Origin: Steroidobacteraceae bacterium
Lineage (GTDB): Bacteria > Pseudomonadota > Gammaproteobacteria > Steroidobacterales > Steroidobacteraceae
NCBI GenBank assembly: GCA_036834945.1
Contig: DAITMW010000001.1
Location: forward strand, 24,454 to 88,453
Direction: 5' to 3'
Length of the DNA stretch: 64,000 bases
Below are positions 37,401-47,519 of the stretch, one piece after another. Both the position numbers and the translations under genes were made by a program. Under the pieces are notes generated by a model. The model was not told where the DNA came from. It did no database searches and was given only the letters and a program-made list of their open reading frames with translations. Each line of letters begins with the position of its first letter. Positions within the stretch are counted from its first letter, which is position 1.

Positions 37401-40093
37401 TTCCACTCGACCTTGTAGAGGGTGACCTGGATTTGGCGTACCGCGACCGGATCGCCCGCCGCGGACAGACTGGCGATCTCGACCGTGTGCTCCTGATCCG
37501 TCATCAACATGTCGCGAGCGGCGTCGCCCTTCGGAAGACGGATCCCAACAAACCGCGAGTAGGGCGCGTAGGTCGTCGTGTCCCGATTGATACTGAAGGC
37601 CCCGCCCCGCTCGAACACGCGAGTGGTGAACACCGCCGATAACATGCCGGGGGCCGCGCCAGCCAGTTGGATGGGCGCATCGAACATCTTCCGACCGTTG
37701 TCATCGAGCGGGCCCTCGAAGATCGTCTCGGACTTGGTGGCGAGCTGCCGCGCGGGATCGTCGAAGACGTAATCTGCAAAGCGCGTGAACCGCGTTGCCG
37801 TCGGCGTGAGGCTGAGTTTCACATCGGCCTTCAGCCCCGCGGCGGTGGCCCCGGAGAGCCACTGAGCTGAAATGGAGGCATGCAGCGGCTTGCCGGCGCC
37901 GAGCGTTGCGGAGCCGAAGTCGAGCCCCACCTTGAGGCGGTTCGGCATGACCGTCTCGATTTTCAGGCGTGTGCTGTAGCTGAGCTCTCCAAGGATGGCC
38001 TTGGCGGTCCAATCTCCGGTGGGCGCATCGACGGCGGTCTTCAGGTCGAATCGATAGAAGCCGTCCACCGGGTTCGTGTTGGCCAGAGTCTGTGCGAGCC
38101 GTCCGCGAGGATCGTACAGCTCGAGTGTGGCGGGATGATTCACGGGCAGCCGGCCATCCTTGTCCTGCACGACGAATGTCACGTGAATCGAGTCTCCTGG
38201 ACGCCAGACACCACGGTCTGCGTAGAGAAACCCCTTTATTCCTTTCGTTACTGTTTCGCCCCCGACGTCGAAGTGGCTCGTAGGCAGCGCATTGCCCACG
38301 TTCAATTTCAGATAGCTGCGTTGGTCGCCGGCTTCACCTACGAGGAGGAAGGGCGTGGCGGAAGAGGTGAGGGTGGCGAACCCGTCACTACCAGTGGTCG
38401 CGACCGCGAGCGACTGATTCTGGAAGTTCCTCAGGGTGAGCTTCACGCCCGGGAGAGGCTGGGAGGTGCGCAGATCCGTCGCTGTTACCAGGACCTTGCC
38501 GTGCTGATCTCGCTTGGCCAGCAACCCGATGTTGGACGCGATCAGGTTACGCTCCGCCCGGACATTCTCACCATACAAGTAGTAAGCGGCGTGACAGGGG
38601 TCAGCGCGGTGACTCCAGCTGTTGCCGCCGGCATCGAAATAATCTTCCGCGTAATCCCAGTTGGAGGCCTGGACCCGATCCCCGTCCTCCTGGTCGTGCA
38701 GCCCCGTGTCCTTTTCCACGGCGGGCTCCTCTGCATGCTCTCCCGTGCCAGGCTCACATTGATAGGCGGAGTCCTGCGGAGTCAGCTGCAGGATGAGTTG
38801 AAACATTCCGCCGGGATATTTCCGCATCAACTCGGTCACGTCCAGGTTGTAACGGGTCCAGCGGCCGGTAACGGGTCCGGACAATGCAATCGTCTTGCGC
38901 CAGAGGAAGCGCCCTACGCGCCCCATCTCCGCGTTGCCGTCGAGTCTGTTCACCTGGAGGAATTGCGCCATGTTGTCGTCATAAACGCGTAGCGCGGTGA
39001 CATGCACGGCGCGGGCGCTGACGGCCTCAAAGGGAATCGTGAGTGCTTTTCCATCAGGGAGAATGACGCCCTTGCCGGCGAAGCGGACCTGGGGCTTGGT
39101 GCTCGTGAACGCGAGGGTTTTCTGCACCTGCTCCCCGAGCTTATCGCCCCGCTCGTTCTGGATCCCGGTCTCGAGAGTCAACGTGACCTCTCCGCGCAGC
39201 TCCGCATCCGGGTAGATGGTCAGTGTGTTCTTATCGACGCGCGTGGTGAACGCGCCCTGGGACAGACGAACGAGGCCCGTCAGGTCCTGGCGCGTGGCGA
39301 GGTTGTCCGAGAAGTAGACCAGGATCTGCCGTCGGCCCTGCACTTCGATGGCCTGGCTTTCGGTGACGAGGAAACGGCCGCGAGCGGGAACCACGAGTTT
39401 CTGCTCACCGGTGGTGCTGGAAGCGATCGGACGTCCATCCCATTTGACGAGCAACGGTTGCGCGTCCCGCTGCCTCTGAATTCTCCGGGCAGTGAAGGTA
39501 TGGGTGAGTCCGTCGGCCGAGTGAGTCCATTGCAATGTCAACGCCTTCCCGATGAAGCTGACCGCGACGACCTGCTCGAGCTTCATGGCCTCCTCGGCGT
39601 CCGCCGAAGTCAGGATGCCCCGTAAGGACATGGCCTGTTCGATCTCGGCATCGGATTCCAAGCCCTGCAACGAGACCTCGAACTGCGGCGTCTGGACACG
39701 GAATGAGAACTCGAAAGGTGTCAGATCCTGTGGCACGTTCTGCAGCCCACGCGGGTCCACGCGTACCGTGTAGAGCCGGCCGGGCTCGAAGTTTCTCTTG
39801 GGTGCGAACACCAGCTCTCTCGGGCCGGCGAAGGAGACGTCGCCATCGACGGAGGGGCTGATGGTGAGCAACCTGCGAACGTCGGTACCCTTCTCCCCTG
39901 GCGCGGCGTCGACGGTGAACATCACGTGCACGTCGGCCTTGCGCGATACGACACCAGTCGTATGCCTGGCAATGAATGGCGCCCATCCAACCTGTTTGTC
40001 GGCGCTCTGCGATGGTGCTCGGTGACCACCGCCGCATCCCGCGAGCATCAACATACCGATGATCAGAGTCCCCAACCAGGCACGCACGGCCAT
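34424..40093 (-). CDS. Alpha-2-macroglobulin family lipoprotein (YfhM-like) with thioester motif
   Basis: Trimmed to the ATG at 40093 (MAVRAWLGTLIIGMLMLAGCGG, lipobox). YPFGCLEQ thioester motif encoded at 35876-35887. About 1889 aa. Classic pairing with pbpC. Confidence 0.9.
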   Translation of the reverse strand: MAVRAWLGTLIIGMLMLAGCGGGHRAPSQSADKQVGWAPFIARHTTGVVSRKADVHVMFTVDAAPGEKGTDVRRLLTISPSVDGDVSFAGPRELVFAPKRNFEPGRLYTVRVDPRGLQNVPQDLTPFEFSFRVQTPQFEVSLQGLESDAEIEQAMSLRGILTSADAEEAMKLEQVVAVSFIGKALTLQWTHSADGLTHTFTARRIQRQRDAQPLLVKWDGRPIASSTTGEQKLVVPARGRFLVTESQAIEVQGRRQILVYFSDNLATRQDLTGLVRLSQGAFTTRVDKNTLTIYPDAELRGEVTLTLETGIQNERGDKLGEQVQKTLAFTSTKPQVRFAGKGVILPDGKALTIPFEAVSARAVHVTALRVYDDNMAQFLQVNRLDGNAEMGRVGRFLWRKTIALSGPVTGRWTRYNLDVTELMRKYPGGMFQLILQLTPQDSAYQCEPGTGEHAEEPAVEKDTGLHDQEDGDRVQASNWDYAEDYFDAGGNSWSHRADPCHAAYYLYGENVRAERNLIASNIGLLAKRDQHGKVLVTATDLRTSQPLPGVKLTLRNFQNQSLAVATTGSDGFATLTSSATPFLLVGEAGDQRSYLKLNVGNALPTSHFDVGGETVTKGIKGFLYADRGVWRPGDSIHVTFVVQDKDGRLPVNHPATLELYDPRGRLAQTLANTNPVDGFYRFDLKTAVDAPTGDWTAKAILGELSYSTRLKIETVMPNRLKVGLDFGSATLGAGKPLHASISAQWLSGATAAGLKADVKLSLTPTATRFTRFADYVFDDPARQLATKSETIFEGPLDDNGRKMFDAPIQLAGAAPGMLSAVFTTRVFERGGAFSINRDTTTYAPYSRFVGIRLPKGDAARDMLMTDQEHTVEIASLSAAGDPVAVRQIQVTLYKVEWKWWWDKNGESLAQYAQGNSNTVVRDEVVSTNAQGQGQWKFEIKYPEWGRYLVRACDTESGHCSGRTFYIDWPSWAGKEREQSGPAASVLAITADKPKYAVGETATLQLPQSAQGRALVTIENGTDILDSRWLEPKAGNTRFTVPITAAMTPNVYVAVTLIQPHENRNNDRPIRLYGVIPLEVSDPETHLSPSIKSADEWKPESRGLVEVSETHGRAMTYTLAVVDEGLLTLTSFKTPNPYDYFYKKEALGITTWDLFDDVAGAYSAELERLLALGGSDAAAQTNPDEARSRFPPVVRFYGPFHLEAGAKGSHQIDIPRYIGAVRVMVVAGEKGAYGSAEKSVFVRQPLMLLPTMPRVVGPGESVAVPVSVFVADPSIKSVALSIEPDSLFTPVGDSTTQVAFTRPEEKLGMLYIKAADRLGKSHVKLTASSGVHRAQSDIYIEVRSSNPPTTKFETHAVQPGETWSTRVVPHGLPGTNKATLEVSSLPALNLESRLGYLIQYPFGCLEQTTSSVFPQLYLPSLVKLEAGRKQQIEDNIRNGIERLRWFQLSNGGFSYWPGGSGGFANGSLEGYGLWASTYASHFLIEAEKAGYALPPSMKSNLLRYLKNEAQHWTPGTGKTLDQAYRLYVLALAGEADVGAMNRLRESEHLPPTERWILAASYKLAGLGDLAGSLAKGDPLEVDPRQPVRYPDYTFGSELRDRAMVLQSLVTLGQLDRSQGLVRAIADELSSQGWYSTQSVAYSLMAIAKIAGAGDPGTFTFEQTLGGKTTSTTSHSPVYQSAIPGVPDGGAAFTLHNTSQRPLFVTVATQGVPEAGHEEASSSGLTLDVAYTDEDGKPVDVARLTQGTDLIAHVEVRNTTTLRIDNIALTHIFPAGWEIHNDRLDNSSTTGQRDTPAPRTTFPWNVPDGSHDATDAHVDYTDIRDDRVMQFFGLRAGDSIRFTTRLNASYRGRYYLPGVLVEAMYDATKGAHTQGQWIEVAPAGTAAGGAH

Positions 40094-40294
40094 GACATTC
40101 CTCCTTTGGAGCGATGGCGCCAAGTCTATGCGTGATGTTGGACGTTGGAACGTGGCGGCGAGCACAAATCATCAGAAATCACAGTCTCGCCACGATGTGG
40201 CCCGATCTGCCATCATCTGCCACAGTTGAGCTGCGTCTCAATGCTGTCACATATGGCCGGTAGCCTGTGCGGTCTTTCGCAGCAAAAGTACCGA

Positions 40295-42520
40295 ATGCCT
40301 GACCGTGCCCTGGCGGCCGCTGCCGTCATCAGCCTCATCGCCGTCGCCGCTCACGCCGAGGAACCGAGCGCACAGTCCGTAACAGTCCTGGACAGTACCG
40401 ATCTCGATGAGCGCGGGCTGACCGGGCTGGATGGAATTGCCGCCGCCGTACCGGAGCTCTCGTTCACTCGCGCGCTGAACTCCATTGACACACTGAGCCT
40501 GTACATGCGGGGCGAGGGGCCGGTCGCACCGGGGCAGATCACCCTCGATGGAGCCGTTGGCATCTACCGGGACGGGTTCCTCATCTCGCGCCTTCAGGCG
40601 AACACTTTCGATCTGCTGGATATCGAGCGGGCGGAAATCCTGCCCGGCCCGCAGGGCGCGGCGTACGGACGCGACACCACGGGCGGCGTCATCAATCTCA
40701 TCAGCGAGAGGCCATCCGGCAAGCTGCGTTTCAACCAGGATGTGGACTTCGGAAATCGCAACAGCTATCGCATTCTGAGTTCGCTCGACACTCCGGGTTG
40801 GCACGGTCTGTCGGCTAAGGTGACCCTATTGGCGAGCGGCATCGATGGCTACGTCAAGACCTTGATCGCCAACTCACAGGATTACGGCTCGGAGAAACAG
40901 CGGGCGGCGCGCCTGCAGTTGAGTTGGGACGCGTCTTCGAGCTTGCGCGCCGAGTATTTCCTGGAGCGCGGTGCACTGGATTCGACGGCCCAGTATCCGT
41001 CCAATCCTTTTCAGAACGGCCAGAACCTGTACGCGGACTACACTTATTACGCCGACCCGGGTGGACCGATGCGCACGGCCTATCGGCCGGTCGATTTGCC
41101 GCTGAGCACGGCAAATCACACTGACCAGGGGCTCACGCTGACCTGGCACGCATCGTCTGCCCTTGTCGTGGAATCGCGCACCGGGTATCGCACGATGAAC
41201 GCCGATGAGCAGCAGGATTACGCCGAGTTCTTCGGTTTCCCACTGGGCACCATCGACCTGTATGACCAGCACCAGCTCTCGCAGGACCTGCGGCTCAGTG
41301 GCGAGCTGTTCGACCGGCAGTTGTGCTATGTCGTGGGTGGCTCCTATTTCAGGGAAAAAGGCAGCCACGAGAACGATTACATTTTCTTCGGCTTTTACCC
41401 CGGGTTTCCCGATAGCGGTAGTCAGGTTACTCGAGTGTCCGCCGAGACCCGCTCGCAGGGCGAGTATGCGCGTTTGATCTGGCGTCCTGCCTTTCTCGGC
41501 AGGCACCTGGAGGTGATCGCGGCGGGTCGTTATACCCGCGAAAGCAAGGATGCCCTGCGGTGGATCCAACAGGACGGCGATGACGTAGAGGATGGCGCGA
41601 GTAACCATCTCAGTTATAACAGAGTGAGCCCGGAGGGCGATCTCGTCTGGCACTGGAGCGAAGACATCAGTACCTACGCGAAAGTGTCCACGTCATACGA
41701 GGCGGGTGGCGCGTTGGAAAATGCCGTGGTGGGATCGTTCAGTAGCAGCGCTTTTCGGCCCGAGAGTTCGACGACGTACGAAGTCGGGCTGAAGTCGGCA
41801 TTCCTGAGCGATCGCCTGGATGTCGACCTGGCATTGTTCGACAGCCGCCGCAAGGACGTGCAGTACGCTCTCCCCGTCGATCTCCTCAGGGACCAGGTAT
41901 TCGACCTTCAGCGGGTTACGGTCAGGGGTGCGAGCTTCGATCTGCGCGCCAGACCACTCCACGATCTGACCTTGCGCGCCAGTGGCACCTGGCTGCACTG
42001 GAGCATCGACCGGGTCGATGCGCCCGCCGACACGATCTTCGATCCGGCCACCGGCAACGGCGCACCGTACGTGCCAGGGCAAAACATCAGCCGGGTGTTC
42101 GCCCTGCCTTACACTCCGAAGTACGCCGGCTCCGTCGCCGCGGACTACGCTGTCGCGCACCTGGATCGCAAGGACGTGTTGGTTCACCTCGACTATGTCT
42201 ATCGATCGCGGATGTTCGCCGACGCTGGCGCGGGGTCCGCCGTCCCCGGCAGTGAGTTCGACACCCAGCCGGGGTACGGGTTACTGAACGGACGCATCAC
42301 CCTTACGCAGGAAACCGATTGGGCGCACCAGGTGAAGTTCAGTGTCTGGGGTCGCAACATCCTCAATCGCAAGTACTACCAGCCGGCGGTGGGTGTGGGT
42401 CTGGGACTGACGGGATTCGATACTTCGAGCACTCCGGCTGTCCCTGCCGGCTACATCGGACGCGCCGGCGCCTGGGCGGAGCCCGCCACGTACGGGCTGG
42501 CGATCAGGTACGAATACTGA
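40295..42520 (+). CDS. TonB-dependent outer-membrane receptor
   Basis: Trimmed to the ATG at 40295 (MPDRALAAAAVISLIAVAAHA signal). Plug-like N-terminus, repetitive beta-strand pattern and an aromatic C-terminus (..AIRYEY). Confidence 0.8.
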   Translation: MPDRALAAAAVISLIAVAAHAEEPSAQSVTVLDSTDLDERGLTGLDGIAAAVPELSFTRALNSIDTLSLYMRGEGPVAPGQITLDGAVGIYRDGFLISRLQANTFDLLDIERAEILPGPQGAAYGRDTTGGVINLISERPSGKLRFNQDVDFGNRNSYRILSSLDTPGWHGLSAKVTLLASGIDGYVKTLIANSQDYGSEKQRAARLQLSWDASSSLRAEYFLERGALDSTAQYPSNPFQNGQNLYADYTYYADPGGPMRTAYRPVDLPLSTANHTDQGLTLTWHASSALVVESRTGYRTMNADEQQDYAEFFGFPLGTIDLYDQHQLSQDLRLSGELFDRQLCYVVGGSYFREKGSHENDYIFFGFYPGFPDSGSQVTRVSAETRSQGEYARLIWRPAFLGRHLEVIAAGRYTRESKDALRWIQQDGDDVEDGASNHLSYNRVSPEGDLVWHWSEDISTYAKVSTSYEAGGALENAVVGSFSSSAFRPESSTTYEVGLKSAFLSDRLDVDLALFDSRRKDVQYALPVDLLRDQVFDLQRVTVRGASFDLRARPLHDLTLRASGTWLHWSIDRVDAPADTIFDPATGNGAPYVPGQNISRVFALPYTPKYAGSVAADYAVAHLDRKDVLVHLDYVYRSRMFADAGAGSAVPGSEFDTQPGYGLLNGRITLTQETDWAHQVKFSVWGRNILNRKYYQPAVGVGLGLTGFDTSSTPAVPAGYIGRAGAWAEPATYGLAIRYEY

Positions 42521-43334
42521 CGTGACGTGCGAGCAGCGCGTCCATCCCTGGATCATCCGGAAGTTTGATGCCGAATGTACCCTGGAGCACCTCGCGCAGC
42601 TCATCTGAGCTCGTGAACGTCACTTGCTCCGATTCGCCGCGCAGGTGATGAACGGAGAGTCTGTTGTTGAGCAAGTTGTAGCGCCGGTCAGGGTTGACTC
42701 GCGCCGCCAGCAGGTTGCTGACGAACGGTGAATCCGGACTGTTGGACAAGAACCAGTTGTACAGTTCGTAATCGACGAGCAATTGCGGCTGCAGGTCAAA
42801 GCTATAGAGCGGTCTCCAGGTCTCGCGTACCAGGGCCTCGAGAAGGAAGTCGCCCTCCCTTCGGGTCAGCCGGAAAGTCCCGTGCGGTGTCGCCTGCGGC
42901 ATGTCGGTCTCCAGGCGCAGCGGTGCCGTCAGGGTGAGCCCACCGAAGCCCACATCGGCAATGTAAGTTGCGCCTTCGACTGCCTCGATGCGAAGCAACA
43001 TGTGGGTGCGAGGCCGGATAAAGCCTTCAGGCACATTCCACATCACCCGGGCAGCAAAGCCCGTGACGCGAAATCCAATAGCCGTGAGCACCTCGCGCAG
43101 CAGAAGGTTTTGCTCGAAGCACCAGCCGCCGCGGCCGGCGTGGAGCATTTTACTCTCGAGCGCCTCGCGCCGGAGCCAGACTGGCCGCCTCAGGAGCGGA
43201 TCCAGGTTCTCGAACGGAATGGCCTGCGGGTGAAGGAAATGAATGCTCGCGAGCGTTTCGAGTGTTGGGCTCAGCGCACCGGTGTAGCCGATGCGCGCGC
43301 AGTAGGCATCGACATCTACGGTGTCAGGAGCCAT
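42504..43334 (-). CDS. Arylamine N-acetyltransferase
   Basis: Catalytic Cys motif [12 protein letters not shown]. About 276 aa from the ATG at 43334. The alternative upstream start at 43385 would overlap rimO further. Confidence 0.75.
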   Translation of the reverse strand: MAPDTVDVDAYCARIGYTGALSPTLETLASIHFLHPQAIPFENLDPLLRRPVWLRREALESKMLHAGRGGWCFEQNLLLREVLTAIGFRVTGFAARVMWNVPEGFIRPRTHMLLRIEAVEGATYIADVGFGGLTLTAPLRLETDMPQATPHGTFRLTRREGDFLLEALVRETWRPLYSFDLQPQLLVDYELYNWFLSNSPDSPFVSNLLAARVNPDRRYNLLNNRLSVHHLRGESEQVTFTSSDELREVLQGTFGIKLPDDPGMDALLARHVSIRT

Positions 43335-44913
43335 GCACCAGACGTGCGTGCAGGTCGTAGGCGTCGGCCGACTCGATCTCGACATCCGCCCAATCGCCCA
43401 CCTTCAGACTCTTTGGCGGGCGCGCGATATGAACAGCGCCGTCGATCTCCGGCGCGTCCGCCTCGCTCCGAGCGATCGCGACAGCGTTTTCAACGGTGTC
43501 CACCAGCACTCGCATGCGGCGTCCCACCTTGGCAGCCAGGCGCTTCGCACTGATCTGGGCGGCGCGTTCCATGAAGCGAACCCGCCGCTCCTCCTGCACT
43601 TCCGGAGGGACATGATCCGGGAGCGCGTTGGCCATGGCACCGTCGACGGGCGAATACTTGAAGCACCCGACGCGGTCGAGCTGCGCCTCGTCCATCCAAT
43701 CCAGCAACTCTTCGAATTCCGCTGCCGTCTCCCCGGGAAACCCGACGATGAATGTGCTGCGGATGACCAGGTCAGGACAATCCTTCCGCCACGCCTGGAT
43801 GCGTGCGAGCGTGTTCACCGCGTGTGCGGGGCGACGCATGCGCTTGAGCACCGACGGACTGCCGTGTTGGAAAGGAATGTCGAGATAAGGCAGAACCCGC
43901 TTTTCCGCCATCAGCGGAATCACTTCATCGACGTGCGGATAGGGGTAGACGTAGTGCAACCTTACCCAGGCACCCAATGACCCAAGGCCGCGAGCGAGAT
44001 CGATGAAGCGCGTCTCGTACTGTTGCTCGTGCCACGCAGCCGGCGCATAGCGGATGTCCGCACCGTAAGCGCTAGTGTCCTGCGAGATGACGAGCAACTC
44101 CTTGACGCCTGCCTTTACGAGGCGCTCGCCTTCACGTAACACGTCGTCGATCCGGCGGCTCGCGAGCTTGCCCCGCATGTCGGGGATGATGCAGAAGCTG
44201 CACTTGTTGTTGCAGCCCTCGGAAATCTTCAGGTAAGCGTAATGCCGCGGCGTCAGCCTGATGCCCTGCGGAGGCACCAGGTCGAAAAACGGATCGTGCT
44301 GCGGAGGCAGGTGCTCGTGAACCGCATTCAACACGTCCTCGTACGCATGCGGTCCGGTAACCTTCAGCACGCGCGGGTGGCGCTCGAGAATGCGTTCCGG
44401 CTTCGCGCCGAGGCAGCCCGTAACGATCACGCGGCCGTTCTGCTCGAGAGCCTCGCCTATTGCATCGAGTGACTCGTCCACCGCGGCGTCGATGAAGCCG
44501 CAGGTGTTGACGACGACGACATCGGCCGCGTCATAGGTGGGAGAGACCTCATAGCCCTCGGCACGCAGATGCGTAAGGATGCGCTCGGAGTCAACGAGAG
44601 CCTTGGGGCAGCCGAGGCTGACAAAGCCGACTTTGCCGCTGCCCTGTTTGGCGGCGCGGCTGGTGGCGCTGCCTTTGGCAGGGCGCTTGGCGGTAGCACG
44701 GCGCTCGTTAGAGGCGCCGCCCTTCACAGGGCGCTTGGCGACAGCAGCGGTACTACGGCGCTCGTTAGAGGCGCCGCCCTTCACAGGGCGCTTGGCGTCA
44801 GCAGCGGTAGCACGGCGCTCGTTAGAAGCGCCGCCCTTCACAGGCCGCTTGGCGACAGCAGCGGCAGCAGCACGGCGCTTTGGCGCCGCCGATTTGGAGG
44901 TAGGAGGGGTCAT
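43324..44913 (-). CDS. rimO: Ribosomal protein S12 methylthiotransferase with basic repeat-containing N-terminal extension
   Basis: Radical-SAM motif [13 protein letters not shown], MTTase N-domain [16 protein letters not shown] and a C-terminal TRAM-like region. About 90 extra N-terminal residues contain 3 x 19-aa repeats. Confidence 0.85.
   Translation of the reverse strand: MTPPTSKSAAPKRRAAAAAVAKRPVKGGASNERRATAADAKRPVKGGASNERRSTAAVAKRPVKGGASNERRATAKRPAKGSATSRAAKQGSGKVGFVSLGCPKALVDSERILTHLRAEGYEVSPTYDAADVVVVNTCGFIDAAVDESLDAIGEALEQNGRVIVTGCLGAKPERILERHPRVLKVTGPHAYEDVLNAVHEHLPPQHDPFFDLVPPQGIRLTPRHYAYLKISEGCNNKCSFCIIPDMRGKLASRRIDDVLREGERLVKAGVKELLVISQDTSAYGADIRYAPAAWHEQQYETRFIDLARGLGSLGAWVRLHYVYPYPHVDEVIPLMAEKRVLPYLDIPFQHGSPSVLKRMRRPAHAVNTLARIQAWRKDCPDLVIRSTFIVGFPGETAAEFEELLDWMDEAQLDRVGCFKYSPVDGAMANALPDHVPPEVQEERRVRFMERAAQISAKRLAAKVGRRMRVLVDTVENAVAIARSEADAPEIDGAVHIARPPKSLKVGDWADVEIESADAYDLHARLVHGS
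44698..44868 (-). repeat. Three tandem 57-bp in-frame repeats ([19 protein letters not shown]) with partial copies on both flanks
   Basis: Units start at 44698, 44755 and 44812 (acggcgctcgttagaggcgccgcccttcacagggcgcttggcg...), with only a few substitutions between units. Confidence 0.9.
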
Positions 44914-44953
44914 GGGGGTGGCTCAATATTACCACGCCCCGGCCGGACAGGGT

Positions 44954-45130
44954 CTACGGCTCGGCGGAACTGCCGGCAGCCGTCTGAACTTGCGGCTGGG
45001 CGGCGGCGCTCCGCAAGGCCTCGTGCTGGAAGCGTTGCAGAGTGTAAGCGACCAGCAGCACGACCAACGGCATGAGAATCCACGGCCAGATGGCCTGCCG
45101 GCGCTCGTTGGTATCCTGCATGGTGGACAT
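44954..45130 (-). CDS. Hypothetical small single-TM protein
   Basis: 58 aa from the ATG at 45130 (MSTMQDTNERRQAIWPWILMPLVVLLVAYTL), with a GGAA-type SD-like sequence upstream. No recognisable family. Confidence 0.3.
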   Translation of the reverse strand: MSTMQDTNERRQAIWPWILMPLVVLLVAYTLQRFQHEALRSAAAQPQVQTAAGSSAEP

Positions 45131-45234
45131 CGTTGTTTCCGAAGTATGCGCAACCACGGCGTCGGAGCCTACCTCCGGCCCCCACTCGCGGGCAATAGTG
45201 CCGCAATGCCCTCGTGCCGAGACCGCAGAGCGGC

Positions 45235-45690
45235 TCACAAAAGGGATCTGATTTCAGCGCTCGCGCTACCGTCCGCGACCGTCAGATAGCCGACCGTCAC
45301 AGGCAGACTGAAGCGTCTCGGGCCGGCGCTCCCCGGGTTCACAAACAGCACACCGTCGCGTTCCGTGACCTGCGGCTTGTGAGAATGCCCTGCGATGACC
45401 ACGCGAAACCCTGCTGCGGTCGGATCGACGTCCAATTCCTTTACGTCGTGCAATACGTGGATACCGACACCACCGAGCTCGAGAGCGAGCCATGGCGGAA
45501 ATGCCGCCGCCCAAGCGCCTTTGTCGTTGTTGCCACGAACGGCATCGACCGGCGCGATCTCGCGGAGCGCCGTGACGATTTCCGTTCCGCCGATGTCGCC
45601 GGCGTGGATGATGTGCTCGACACCCGCCAACGCCTGGAGCGCCTCTGGACGCAGCAAGCCGTGCGTATCGGAAATCAGGCCGATTCTCAC
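45235..45690 (-). CDS. Metallophosphoesterase, YfcE/MJ0936 family
   Basis: Trimmed to the GTG at 45690 (VRIGLISDTHG). HAGDIG, GNNDKG and GHSHKP motifs. Confidence 0.8.
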   Translation of the reverse strand: MRIGLISDTHGLLRPEALQALAGVEHIIHAGDIGGTEIVTALREIAPVDAVRGNNDKGAWAAAFPPWLALELGGVGIHVLHDVKELDVDPTAAGFRVVIAGHSHKPQVTERDGVLFVNPGSAGPRRFSLPVTVGYLTVADGSASAEIRSLL

Positions 45691-45823
45691 CGTCAGTCCA
45701 CCGCTCCTTTGACCGCCCACCCCATCCAGGCGGTACGATCCCGCTGAAGCTACGCCCCAGCATGCCCCATACCCGTCTGTGCTGGCATGATGCCCCAGAC
45801 GGCGGCACTCGAGGGACCTGAAC

Positions 45824-47464
45824 GTGACGGCACCCACACGCGAAGTAGCGAACCAGTCGAGCGACCTGTTCGACTACAACCTGTTCACCAGCAATCCGGC
45901 CCTGGTGGAGGCCCTGGCGCGCGAGGGTTCGGCCTCAGATCACGACCGGATCACGGCCCTCGGCGAGCGGCTGGGCACCGCGGAAATGTTTGCCCTGGGC
46001 GACCTGGCGAACCGCAACCGCCCGGTGTTGAAGTTGTTCGATCGCTTCGGCGCGCGCCGCGACGAAGTTGAATTCCACCCCGCGTGGCATGAGCTCATGC
46101 GACGTCTCGTTGCGGAAGGGCTGCATACCGGCCCCTGGTCGGAGCCCGCCTCAGCGGCCCACGCGGCGCGGGCGGCCGGCTACATGCTCTGGGCTGAAAT
46201 CGAAAACGGCACCCAGTGTCCGGCCACGATGACCTACGGCGCGGTGCCAACCCTCGCGCACCAGCCGGAAGTCTTCGGCGAATGGCTGCCTCTCCTGCTG
46301 TCACGTGAGTACGACCCACGCTTTACCCCCGCCGTGGACAAGAGAGGCGCGTTGATGGGCATGGGCATGACAGAGAAGCAGGGCGGCTCAGACGTCCGTT
46401 CCAACACAACGCGCGCCGTCCCGGCCGGTGCTCGAGGTTCCGGCCTCGAGTATCGCCTGAGCGGACACAAATGGTTCTTCTCCGCGCCGATGTGCGATGC
46501 GTTTCTGGTACTGGCACAGGCCCCGGGCGGCTTGTCCTGCTTCTTCGTGCCGCGCTTCCTGCCTGATCGCACGGTCAACACCCTGTTGCTGCAGCGTTTG
46601 AAAGACAAACTCGGGAATCATTCGAATGCCTCGAGCGAAGTGGTATTCGAGGATACCTATGGGTTGCTGGTTGGAGAGGAGGGTCGCGGCGTCCAGACGA
46701 TTCTCGAGATGGGCGTCTACACCCGGTTCGATAACGCGACGGCAACCGCGGGACTCATGCGGCAATGCGTGTCGCAGGCCATTCACCACGCGAGGCAAAG
46801 GCATGCCTTCGGAAAACTCCTGGTCGACCAGCCGCTGATGCGCAACGTATTGGCGGACCTGGCGCTCGAGTGTGAATCGCACATCGCACTCGTCATGCGT
46901 CTCGCGCGAGCGTTCGATGCGCAGGAGGATCAGGCCGAGACACTCTTGCGTCGTGTACTGACCCCCGTAGCCAAGTACTGGGTCTGCAAGCGCGCGCCCA
47001 CGGTCATCGCGGAGACGATGGAGGTCCTCGGCGGCAACGGTTATATCGAGGAAGGTCCGATCGCGCGTCGCTTCCGTGAAGCCCCGTTGAACTCCATTTG
47101 GGAGGGCTCGGGCAACATCATGTGCCTCGACGTCCTGCGTGCGTTCGCCCGCGAGCCTCGCACGCGTGAGGTCGTGGAAGCGGCGCTCTCGGGCAGCAAG
47201 GGCCGCGACGCACGTTACGATCGGTTTGTCGATGACCTGTTGGTTGAGTTGAATGACTCGGGTGACGGCGAATCACGGGCTCGTCGGCTGACGGAGAGAT
47301 TGGCTCTTGCAGTGCAAGCGGCGGTATTGTTGGGACACGGCCCGGAAGGCTCGGCGCAGGCGTTCCTCGCGTCGCGCCTGACTTCCGGTGCCCCCGCGGC
47401 GTTCGGCACGTTGCCGCGGGGTGTCGACTCGGTTGCATTGATGGGACGAGTGTTCCGGATCTAA
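45824..47464 (+). CDS. aidB: Acyl-CoA dehydrogenase family protein, AidB-like
   Basis: 546 aa. GMTEKQGGSDVRSNTT is the AidB-subfamily signature. ACAD middle and C-terminal domains are present. Confidence 0.8.
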   Translation: MTAPTREVANQSSDLFDYNLFTSNPALVEALAREGSASDHDRITALGERLGTAEMFALGDLANRNRPVLKLFDRFGARRDEVEFHPAWHELMRRLVAEGLHTGPWSEPASAAHAARAAGYMLWAEIENGTQCPATMTYGAVPTLAHQPEVFGEWLPLLLSREYDPRFTPAVDKRGALMGMGMTEKQGGSDVRSNTTRAVPAGARGSGLEYRLSGHKWFFSAPMCDAFLVLAQAPGGLSCFFVPRFLPDRTVNTLLLQRLKDKLGNHSNASSEVVFEDTYGLLVGEEGRGVQTILEMGVYTRFDNATATAGLMRQCVSQAIHHARQRHAFGKLLVDQPLMRNVLADLALECESHIALVMRLARAFDAQEDQAETLLRRVLTPVAKYWVCKRAPTVIAETMEVLGGNGYIEEGPIARRFREAPLNSIWEGSGNIMCLDVLRAFAREPRTREVVEAALSGSKGRDARYDRFVDDLLVELNDSGDGESRARRLTERLALAVQAAVLLGHGPEGSAQAFLASRLTSGAPAAFGTLPRGVDSVALMGRVFRI

Positions 47465-47519
47465 CACAGACGTTGGAGATTGCCGGCCGATCAAGACGTG
47501 GGCGTGGACTCAGGGGCAA

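Noticed and set aside
40166-40181. AAATCA-N4-AAATCA direct repeat in the A2M/TBDR divergent region as a possible Fur box.
   Set aside because: It has only partial resemblance to the GATAATGATAATCATTATC consensus and no dyad symmetry.
44698-44868. Whether the regular 57-bp repeats are a CRISPR-like or minisatellite non-coding array.
   Set aside because: The units are directly adjacent with no spacers. They are a multiple of 3 in length and in frame with rimO, and no cas genes are present.
44954-45238. Full-length 94-aa version of the small ORF between rimO and the metallophosphoesterase.
   Set aside because: The N-terminal 36 aa overlap the metallophosphoesterase stop region and look non-coding. 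Only the 58-aa TM-containing version from the ATG at 45130 is kept, at low confidence.
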